This document shows, piece by piece, positions 13,782 to 25,700 of a stretch of DNA of 64,000 nucleotides. Origin of the DNA: Bispira polyomma (Eukaryota); assembly GCA_965649765.1 (NCBI GenBank), contig OZ287756.1, positions 31,868,001 to 31,932,000 of the forward strand, written 5' to 3'. A program made the translations under genes and the position numbers. Numbering within the stretch: the stretch's first letter is position 1; each line of letters begins with the position of its first letter. The notes beneath the pieces are model-generated. The model was not told the DNA's origin, did not search any database, and worked only from the letters and a program-made list of their open reading frames with translations.

Positions 13782-16700
13782 CTGATGAAATTTTTTTTAA
13801 AGGGTTAGTATTACAGTTACTTCTTTTCATATTGGTATCCATTAAACTTGGCTACAAAGTCAAATTCTTCACCATCAAAGTCAGAATACGTTTAATCAAG
13901 TAATGACTGATTATACAAATACAAACTTATCTAGTATTACATAAGTGAACATTATATTGTTAAAAAATGCTTTAGTGGTTACCTATATCACAGAATGATC
14001 CTGTCCAGCCATCCAGACAACCAACCCCACAAATACCGTCTATGTGATCACAGGGGCCTCTACAGTTACCATAACACACAGAAGCACACTTCACGCCAAA
14101 CCCACCAGGAGAACATTCTGAAGTTAATATAAAAACAAAACATATCTAACATAGGTTTATTGTAGCCATTACAACTTCATTCTTTTTCTCAATGCCTTTA
14201 TTTCCTTATGAAAGATATTTGCATTAGAAAATAAGAAAAATATTATGAACAAGAAACGCTGTGTTCAAGGTTTGATTCTAACTGTATAATTTATTTATTA
14301 AGTACTTTAAAGGGAAAATGGAATGGTCAAATTGAAGGAATAGGTTCCAGTTTAATATCTAGAAAACGTCACAAATAAGAACAATAGCCTTTTGTAATGT
14401 GATCTTTTTAATATAATATGTGTATAAGTAAATATTATTAAACAATCAAATACTGTAATGGTAAAATGTATGCATACTTTCACTGCAGGTAAATTCAATG
14501 AATCCAGAGTTACACTTTCCGTCTTCAAAGAATCCAGTTTCTCTATCACAGGGGAAATTTCACAGTTTGGTGAACATGGATGACAGTTGTTACCATAGGT
14601 GTTGTGAGAACATTCTGACATATAATATTATGTTGTCAAGATAGTGGCTCATACACAAAAAGTGAATTATTACTTCCTAATTTCGCAAGTACTAGCAAAT
14701 GAATAACAGAATGGAATAATTTAATTCAAAGTTGCTCCATAGTTCTTAGCTTTATGTATAGTTATATTTAAATATGTGGGTAAGCTACAAGTCTAATATA
14801 GATTATTTATATAATGATTGAGTAAATACTTGCCATTTTTATTGTTGGATTAATAACAAATCCAAGTAATTTATCAACATTTTTTATCAATCACAGAGAA
14901 AGCCAAGGTGATGTCTTTAGAATTATCGATATTTATGAAACATTCAGCCTTGTTTTTATTCAAACGATCTTAGCTCATAACTTAGAAATACTGAAAAGTT
15001 AAAAAAAACTCATATGATAATCACATAGTTAGTGTGTATAAAACAGTTGTCTAAAATGTCACTCTACATTGGGTCTGGTCCAACACGTCGGAAGATATCT
15101 CCACGGGACACTCCCATTGCTCTGCTGTCAAGATAGCATTCTATCCACATAAGTAATAGACCATTATTATTATTATTATTGAAATATTTTATATAGCGCC
15201 TTATTTGATATTTCATCCTCTGGGGCACTCATTCTAGTCCGATAAGAAAGCTTGGGTCATCATCAGTTGAGTATTTGAAGTATGATGGTGCAATACCTTT
15301 TTTAAGTGACTGACTGATGATACTTAGGAAAATATATTTTAATCTTCTGTTATTGGAATAACTTTATCGCCTGTTTGGTTACTTGATAAAAAATGCAGCA
15401 GAAGAGCTAACCAGAACAAGTAACTGTCACCCATTACCAAGGTACATTAACTTGCCACTGGAGTTAGGTACCAAAACTACTGAGGCACCAAATTTTAAAT
15501 GAGATAAGGGACTATGGTGCTGTGTAAGAATTTTACTAATAAAGCCACAGTGAAAGAATCACATATTCAAGATACACTGTGACAGGTTTATTGTGAGATC
15601 ACCTCTTTTAACTGAATACTTTCTGTATTTGTATAGTTATTTCATACATGTCATTGAGTGGTTCTATATATTTCTATTTTGACTCACTTGGTGAACAATC
15701 CTGTCTGGTCTTCCCAGCTATACAACCATCTGTACAGTTTAGCGTGTCTGAAAACTTTTCACACTTTGCATCTCTGCAGTTTTCAGAACATGGTTGACAA
15801 CCTATTCCATAGGTTTTCCCATCACATACTAAAACAAAATGTATGGGGTTTTACATATATCTTCCGTTTAGAGTATACTATCAACCTATCTTCTCCAGTT
15901 CTCCCAGCTATACACCCATCTGTACAGCTCAGTGTTTCTGAAAACTTCTCACACTTTGTATCAGTGCAATTCTCAGAACATGGTTGACAACCTATTCCAT
16001 AAGTATCCCCTTCACATTCTGAAATTGAGAACAGTATATTTGTAGTCATGTGTAGTAGAATGTTTTGTATTTGAGCATTTTGTTGAAATAATAATTCCAT
16101 TACATAAGAGATCAACAATAGATAACATTTTGGATAGTTGACAAAACATTCAGAAATTCATTAGTTGTTTGACAAAAGTACCAGAAATTATAAGCTGTAC
16201 GTTTTCTCAAAAGATAATGCTGAAAAGACATGTATTGCCAATAAAGATGCATTACTGGATCACTGAGTATAAAACATGAATTTAAAAATGTTGCAACTTG
16301 ATTGTAGATTTTAGGATTTACATGCTAGTAACTTTCACAGGTTTACAATGGTAAACTTACAATAGTTAAATTTAATTAATAACATTTTAATCCCCACACA
16401 GGGATATTTCAAAAACACATATAACACAAAAACATAGGACTAGCCAACATTAATGCATAAACAGTTTAAAACAAACAAAATTAAAAAAATAGTGACATAA
16501 AATTTGCACAGAAATCACTGATCTATATGCACAAAATACCCCATACTATTACATTAGAGACAACATGCAAAAAAACGTAACAATGGTATTCATTTAGACA
16601 TTTATAGCTATTTATAGCATTGGTTATAAACATATCATAAAGAGTCATAAATGTATTGGTGCCTTATATGGAGAGCTAAAGTCGCCCCCTTTTCTATGCC

Positions 16701-19700
16701 ATCATTACTGAGAGCTTGCAGCATGTAAACCTGACATACAGGTAAATACAATAATATTGAAATTCAACTTAAACTTTACATAAATCACCGGCACCCTTCA
16801 CCATGTGAAGCGTGAAAGGGAGTTGCGCCCCTTGCCGCCGGATGCTACGGAGTGGGTCAATACCCAGTCTGGTTGCTTGCTGATTAACTAGCTGTTAACC
16901 CCCCTACCCTTACGACCTTGCTATGCCCATGGACTTTACAATTGGATCACTGATTCTGATGTTGCGCTTTAGAAGATGCCTGGCATCAATAAAGCGCGTT
17001 AAAAATACATAATATATAATAATATATAATATATTTAAGTAACAAGCCAACACTTTAAGAAGATTCATATCCTACACCAAATGGTGTCTTATGAATTAGT
17101 TATGTTGGCACTTTTACAAGAATTTGCCAACTTGCCCACAGCCCACTGAGACAGTGTCAGATTGTATGTGAGTTTCTTCCTAGTGGACCCACCAATCCAA
17201 CCCTTGCAGGGCCATCTCAGTTTTGAATCCTTCGTGGTGACTTCTGTATTATTAAATCTACGCAAGGTGGGTTTGCCTTGGGCAAGGTCACGTTAAGCAG
17301 GAAATTCATAGTCCGCCAACTTCCAGGTAATTGTGGCTTGAACGTTTGAGAATGAACTCAAAGTATCTATGTTTGGTATGATCCCATCCCCCTAGAATTA
17401 CTGATCTAACAGTATGGACTTTATTATCAAGAAATTTTGGTGATCCAAGGGGTGCGAACTAGGCATGACTGACTCCCCCTTTTGGGATTCTACAAGGTGT
17501 GAATGTTAAGTTGATATGTCAACTCGGTTTAACCTTATTTTATAGTGACTGGGCACTTCCAACAATTTACGATAAAAGTTATTTACAATAGAATATGTAG
17601 CTTATTTCCTTTTGTTTTGTAGATTCATTTGCAGATCTCTTTGGCTCCAGTGTGAGCAAATTAATCACCAAATCTTTATATAAACCATTTGTAAATATTA
17701 CGTATAATTATAAATAATACAAATATTCCAATAAAAACAATTAAACATAGTTAGAACAGTATTGATTTGTACAAAAATATTTGTATGACAGCATTTGTCC
17801 TGGTGTTGACAGTTTAAAGTACAAATCAAAATGAAGTCCAACAGAAAACGGTTCTCTTGATAGTTATGATGAATTGTGATTGGATGGGAATGAGCGATAG
17901 ACAGAAAGTATTTAAAGTGTAGCAATATGTGAGTATTTTTGTCTAAGGTACTACATCATTTTAGTGTGTGCATTGAAATTGCAGTCCCCTAAAGAGATCC
18001 TGCTGGGTGTATGTATAGTATAACTATTTATGTGAAAATTTTGTTCAAATTTGGATTAATATGAAAAAATATATCCAGCTGTAGGTCTTTCTGTAATAGA
18101 TTAGATATATTACCCTCCGTTCACAAGTTGAAAATTCAGTTCACCAATATATGAAGCCACCAGTTTACATGTATCAATGTCGCAAAACAACTAAAATGTA
18201 CAGACTGCTTATGTTTTTCCTTAAAGAATATACTCCCAGTCTACTTGTTGCAGAAGGCTTATCATGATTAGTTTTTTCATCTCAGCCTGGGCTCTGTCGT
18301 ATTATGGAACTTACCCGACCTAGGGTGGGTTCTAGATGTACACGGCAAAAATGTATAGGCAATGCCAACAGATTTGCTTTAGCCATTGTTCTCTGCTCCA
18401 CTTTAGCCAAGCTTTTTAGCAAGCCAGTGTTGGAAGATTTTTATAGTTTTGACATCTTGTTATTGGTACACTATTCTGCTGTATTATTTAATTTAGTGTA
18501 TCATATTACTAAAGAATTACAGAATTTTGATAACAAATACACATTATATTAAAAGCCTGTTCTAAGAAGTAGAGATAGTATAAGTTCAGATGTACAGTCT
18601 TATAGTAACCTACATTTTTTATAACATTGTAACATCATGGAAGATTGAAAATATATGCATTGCCAATAAAGATGTCAACTATTTTGTATACTGTGCATTA
18701 CCAGGTGACTATGTATAAAATATTCAACAATACATATATTAAAATAAAATATATATTTGTACAGTAAAAACCATGTCAAAAGTGCACCTTAGTACTCTAG
18801 CAATAATTATTCTTTAGTCTGATAAAATACCAAAAGCATGGCCCAAAATTACACATTAGCTCTGTACGGGGGGGAGGGGGGGGGAGGTTTTATTTGTGTT
18901 TCATTCTAAAACAACTTTCTATAATGATATATAGGGGTACTCAATTACAGAATGTTTACACAGAAGTGATGAAGTGATTGTAAATATTTCTGGTGGCCTC
19001 ACCCAGTGCACAGTCTTCTCCAGTTCTCCCAGCTATACACCCATCTGTACATTTCAGTGTCTCACTTCTCACACTTTGTATCAATGCAATTTTCGGAACA
19101 TGGTTTGCAACCCATTCCATAGGTATCTCCATCATATTCTGAAACCGAGTACAATATCATAATAAATTGTAGTCATGTGTAAAATAATTTTGAGTGTTTT
19201 GTTCAAATCAGAATTACATGGTGTAAGATAAATAATAGATAACTATTTGTGATAGTGGGCAAAACATACATGAATCGATAGTTGAATGACAGAAGTGCAT
19301 CTATTCTTCATTGACAGAGTGTTTGTACAGAAGTAATTGTAAACTTTTCTGTTGGCCTCACCCAGTGAACAGTCTTCTCCAGTTCTCCCAGTTATACAGC
19401 CATCTGTACATTTCAGTGTCTCTAAAAACTTTTCACACTTTGTACCTTTGCAATTCTCAGAACATGGTTTGCAACCTATTCCATAGGTATTCCCAATACA
19501 TTCTGAAACCGAGTACAATATCACAGTAAATTGTAGTCATGTGTAGTAGAATGTTTTATGTTATGTTTAAATCAATATTACATTTGCATAAGAGATCAAG
19601 AATATATATAAAAAATTTGGGCAGTGGACAAAACATTCATTAATCCAATAGTTGACTGACAGAAGTACAGATAATATAAGTTCATATGTAAGTCTTATTA

Positions 19701-22700
19701 CAACATATACTATTAGGGATTGAAAATATGTGCATTAAAATTAAAGATGTCAACTATTTTGTACACTGTGCATTAGCAGGTGACTATGTATAAAATATTT
19801 AAGAATACATCTATTAAAATGAAATGTGTATTTATATTGAATTATATACATTACAAAACATATATTGAATTATATACATTACAAAACAAAAACATGTCAA
19901 ACGTGCACTAGTACTCTAGCAAGAAATACTCTTTAGTTCAAGCCTACACTTCCTTTAAGCACATTCCAAGGTGTCCAATTCGAAGGTGTCAAATCTGATC
20001 AGACGTCAACCGACATTGTGCTTTCTTTTATTCGATATATACTTGAAATTAGCTTGGATTACTGGGCTTTTTTTCCACAAAAAATTGTTGAAAAACGACT
20101 GAGATATATACAATCAAATAAGGGTACCTATTTTTACTTCCTGATGTGTAAGTTGTGTACACTAACGTCATTATAACGTTGCTATGCATATCTTTACACA
20201 GGCATGATGAAGTGATTGTAAACATTTATGGTGGCCTTACCAAGAGAGTCTAATTACAATTACAGTAATCTATTTGTTGAATGACAGACGTACCAGAAAA
20301 TATAAGTTAAGATCATAACAGATTGTTTGAAGGTAAATATGTCGAATAGTTTGCAAGCTGGTTGCATTTCTTGATCACTGAGTATAAAATATAAAAGTTT
20401 AAAAAGTTCCAATTTGCTTGCACAGTAATATAGAGCATCTGCAAATTGTTTTCAAAATATTTTCATGTACATTTCCCAAATATATTACATTTCTGACAAC
20501 AGACAAGACCTTGCCATAGCTAATATTCATGCACTTTATTTTTGTAGGAGTTTTCTATCATTATGTCTTAATAATTAGGGTTCGCCATTTGCATTTAAAT
20601 AATGCATCTATTGAAATAAAATATCTATTTCCATTTATATTACAATGTATATATTCAATACAGTACATCCTTCCCTGCCCTTTTCAGATTTTTATTTTTT
20701 TAATTGTTCAGGGAGAGCTAACGAGCAATAATAACTGTCCCACATCCTAGGGGGACACCACCTACTGGGGATAATTACCATAATGCCAGATGTGCAACAT
20801 TTAAATGGTTCATTGGGTGTGCACTATAATCCTTTGCAGGAATGTAATTTGGGGTAAGTTTTGACAATCTGCATAAGGCCGGCATAAGGCCAGCTAGAAT
20901 AGTCCATGCAAAAGCCACACAAGTGTATTACAATAGAAATGTCTACAGCACAACTTCGCTGCGTCATCTACACACAATTTTTTGTCACATGAATAGCCAT
21001 GAGAATATACAGTTGGTGCTATAAAGCATCACAAATGTTACTAAGATATCCAGTCAGCCTTATAGAATACCAAAAACATCTTCAAAAATTACATCAGCTG
21101 TGTAAAGTTGTCTGAGGGTTTATTAGTGTCTATTTGAAACCACCTTCTTAAAATGATAAATTTGATTTCTTCATCTACAGAGTGTTTAAATAAAAGTGAT
21201 ATAGTGATTGTAAACATTTCTGTTTACCTCACCCAATGAACAGTTTTCTCCAGTTCTCCCTGCTATACACCCATCTGTACATTCCAATGTTTCTGAAAAC
21301 TTCTCACACTTTGTATCAATGCAATCCGCAGAACATGGTCTGCAACCTACGCCATATGTATCCCCAAACATTCTGAAATAGAGTACAGTACAAGAATAAT
21401 TTGTAGTCATGTGTAGTAAAATGTTTTGGATTTCAAAATTGTGTTCAAATCAGAATTCCATAAAAAAAGTACGGAAGAGTATGAGGGCCAAGTTTTTTTT
21501 GTTTAGAATTGGCAAGACAGTATCTCAATAAATCGAGCTAATTTAAAAGAATTTTTTTTTTAATTGTCGAGATAATATCTCGATAAATCTAATTTTTTTA
21601 TAATATATTTTATTTTCCAATGTACAATAGTTAATAGCATTGGCATTCTCTATAGTTTAGTAAGGTGACCTCAAAGTCCTTGTGTTATCTATACTCATGG
21701 TTAACTTAATTATGTTAAGGTGGCCTTAACTGCTCGGTCACCTAAAAGTGTAATTAGTAGTAAGTGTTTTAATCTGACTAACCTTTTAGTGATTAAATGT
21801 TAGATGTTAGTGATACAATAAAGTGCTCAAAGTGTCATACGCCTTTCCTTTGTCATTATCTCATAGCACTTGCTTTTCATATCTGGGGTGGCCTGTAGAC
21901 TGAGTTTATGTAAATAAAATGACAAATACTGACCATCTTTGTTGAAATTGACTATTGTTGAAAGCCTGATTAACTACTTTTGACCCTAGCTATGACTGTT
22001 TGTATCTTGCCCTGATTAACTACTTTTGACCCTATGACTGTTTGCTGATTAACTACTTTTGACCTCTATGACTGTTTGTGTCTCGCCCTAATAAACTACT
22101 TTTGACATCTATGACTGTTTGTGTCTTGCCCTGATTAACTACTTTTAACACCATGACTGTTTGCTGATTAAATACTTTTGATCTCTATGACTGTTTGCTG
22201 ATTACCATTTGACCCTATGGCTGTTTGTGCCTGTTTCCATGGTGGCTGTTCAGTTGGCCACTCACACACCTTCCTTTTCCATGGTGGATAATTATCTCGA
22301 TTTATAGAGATAATATGGTGACAATTAAAAATAAATTCCTTTTAATTATCTTGATTTATCGAGATATTATCTCGACAATTCAAAAAAAAAGTTAGCCCTT
22401 ATACTCTTCCTCAGAGATAAACAATAGAAAAAATTTGGGATAATGGACAAAACATTCATAAATCCATTAGTTCAATAATAGTAGTACAGATAATACAATT
22501 TCAGATGTAGGTCTTCCTAGAGCAGATTATCAAAGATTGAAAATACATGTACACTGGTATCATTACCAAGTCACTAAATATACAGTTTTCAAGTTTGAAA
22601 AAGTTGAAAATTGATTGTATACAGGGTAATATTCTGCAAATTGTTTTAAAAATGCTTCCTCCTACAGTTTCCAAATAACTTACAGTTCTGCCAATAGACA

Positions 22701-25700
22701 AATCCTTGCCATATCTAATATTCATATTACTTCATGCACTAGTTTTGTAAAACTTTTCTATTTTTATGTCTCCATAATCAGAGTTGACCATATACATTAA
22801 GAGAATACGTCTATTGAAATATAATATATTTTTCTATTTATATTGAAATGTATATACTTAACACAGTATATCTCTGCTCTGTGTATATTTCCATTTTTTT
22901 AATTATTCAGGAATAGCTAAAGGTAAATCACTCTGCCACTGAGGATAGATACCACAATGCCAAATGTGCAACATTTTACATGGTTGACTGATGAGACACT
23001 ATAATCCCATGCAAGAATGTTACCATCTAGGCAACAGCAAAAGGATAACTTTTTCCAGGTTTTATTTATATTTCATTGTGAAACCACCTCTTTATACTGA
23101 CGACTTTTCGGGTCTGTTTGTAGCTTTTTATACATGTGATTCAGTGATTGTATATATATATTATATTTTTTTCACTAAGTGAACAATCATCTCCAGTTTT
23201 ACCAGCTATACACCCATCTGTACAGATCAGTGTGTGTGAAAAGGTCTCCCACTTTGCATCTGTGCAGTTCTAAGAACATGGTTGGCAGCCTATACCATAG
23301 GTTTCCCCGTCGCATACTGTAACAGAAAGTACAAACATTAATGGGTAAGTGATTCTTCTAACAAAATGCTTCTCTAAGGTTTGTTCATTTTCTGTGAGAG
23401 CAATTAACAGAACATACTTTGACTGTTGATCATAACACTTTTCATGGCTTCCTTCAACCTGGCTGTTATTTTGATTTTTCGACAGGTTTATTGATTGTAA
23501 TGTTGCTCCCTACACTCCCATTTAATCTGTTTGCACTGTTCGGGTGAATTAGCACATTGTATAGATGGCAATGACCCTGTCACCTTAGACTCAGTACTCA
23601 TACCTTTGTACAATGCCTATATTTTAATCAGTATTTGGTACCTGAGTTGCAGTTGTTCCCTCTATGCCCTGCTGTACAACCACCAAAACAGTCATCAGTC
23701 TCTGAGGTCCAGTTACACTGGGGGTTCTGACCACACCCATCACACTGCTGGCCATAAGTGTTGGCTGGGCACACTAAATTAACACATTAATAACTAGTGA
23801 ATATGAAATTTCTTTTCATTTTATTGTTCTTGATAAACTATCCCAATACACTATACTCTTCTCCATTACTCTACCCTCATTGTCTGATACTTTTCAAGGT
23901 AACTGAAGTAGAATGTTAAACAAACTTTAAATACATATATACAATTATTAACAATAAATACAATGCTTATTATACACACTCTTGGCTTATATGTTCATTT
24001 ATTTACTGAATATAAGTGTTACAGTAGGAAACACAAACTCAAAAACAATAATCAACATAGCTTTTACAATAAATATTTGAAATACAATGACATGTTAAAC
24101 TATTTCAATGGTTTCATAGACATGTAACAGATTCAAGTATGTTCTACTGATAGTATATCAAACCATATATTTTTAATGTTAATGTATGACGAAAACACTA
24201 ACCTTCTATTTCTACTTTGCACAAATTTAAAATATTCAAAGAATCGGTACTTCTCAAGTTTTTCTTGATCAATATGTAACTGAAATGCAAAAATAACATG
24301 AAATGTTTTAGTAACTGACTGAATGCACCCATTAACTAACCATCGATTTTAATGCAAAGCAAGACTGCATGCATGAACATAGCTGGACATAGCTTTAACA
24401 TAAAACCAGATAACTGGTGTCATTTTTTACCATTACTTTCACACCTGTTGCTTGCATCATGATTTTATTTTATTCAACAACTTAAATCTATTACAGATTA
24501 CTTCATGTCTGCCTTGTACGCTGGAATGTAAATATGACAGAATAAATATGGTAACAATGTCCTCTATTCAGGATTATACCATAATTAAAATCAGTAGATT
24601 TTGATATTACCACTGGTCTTGCTATAACCATTTAATGTTAGCTTCAATTAAAAGTCAACTCAAAGGTATAATAGTGAATTTGCTATTAGTCTGTACCTAA
24701 TCAATTTTCAGGTGGAAGTACAATATGACACCTTGAACATATAACAAAACAATTTAAAATTAGCTAATCATAATTGAATCAATTGCTATGAATAAATATG
24801 CATACATATATGGTTTGTGACAATATTCATATTTTACTCTCCATTTTGTTATCCAATACTTAAGCTACTGCGACTGACATATCACAAATAATCAGGGACA
24901 TAAAATTCTATTTTTCATTATGACATAATTTTTTTGTCTGCCTAAAATACGCTACTGTAGAAAATAGGTGATACCACACACAGCACTGATAACAAGTTGC
25001 TTTTATCACCATTAACGTCTCCTTTAAATCTACATTTTCACAGATAGTTTGGCATAATAGATTGGACACACAAACAAGTGAAAAGCCAGCCACTAAGTCA
25101 GGTGTCTCAACCCAAAGTTTTTATATCATGATCATCAGATTAAAGCTCCAATTAGGATCACATTATACTCTTTGCATATTTATTGGCTCCTTTTGAAAAC
25201 TGTGCCAAGTTGAAACATTATATGATACCTGATTTGTCATACAATTGTGTTGTTATGCAGTATATAAAAAGTACTTGATTAAACAATTAAACAAAAACAA
25301 AACACATCCCGACAGCTTTTCTTCGTCACAAAGGCAAAATAATTGATGTTTTTAAATATCTGTTTAATTTATTCGGTTTATATGACTAAAATACCCCTAT
25401 TATCTTAATTAAATAATTTCTTAATACAATAAGATGGAAATCCGAACAAAGTACTTAATTAGTATTTACCTAGCCATAATGGGCGATCTGCAATTTATTT
25501 TGTAAATGTCAGAAACTGTATCCTCTCTATAACGACATTCTAACTTGTCTGGTGAATTAGTGTCTGAAGTATTAGACCCATAGACTGTAAACTGTGAAAG
25601 TCTGTATTCTGAAAACAATATATTACAGCATACAAAAATCATTGAAGGCACAACAATTATGATTGAGACAATATAAGGCTCAAATAAGTGACTTAATATT

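Noticed and set aside
13782-13842. N-terminal part of ORF 13483-13842 starting at an ATG
   Set aside because: Better explained as intron; a phase-1 acceptor at 13782-13783 joins the upstream EGF exon.
17050-18540. GC-richer intronic stretch with faint RT-like fragments on the minus strand
   Set aside because: Too decayed to assign a family or boundaries by eye.
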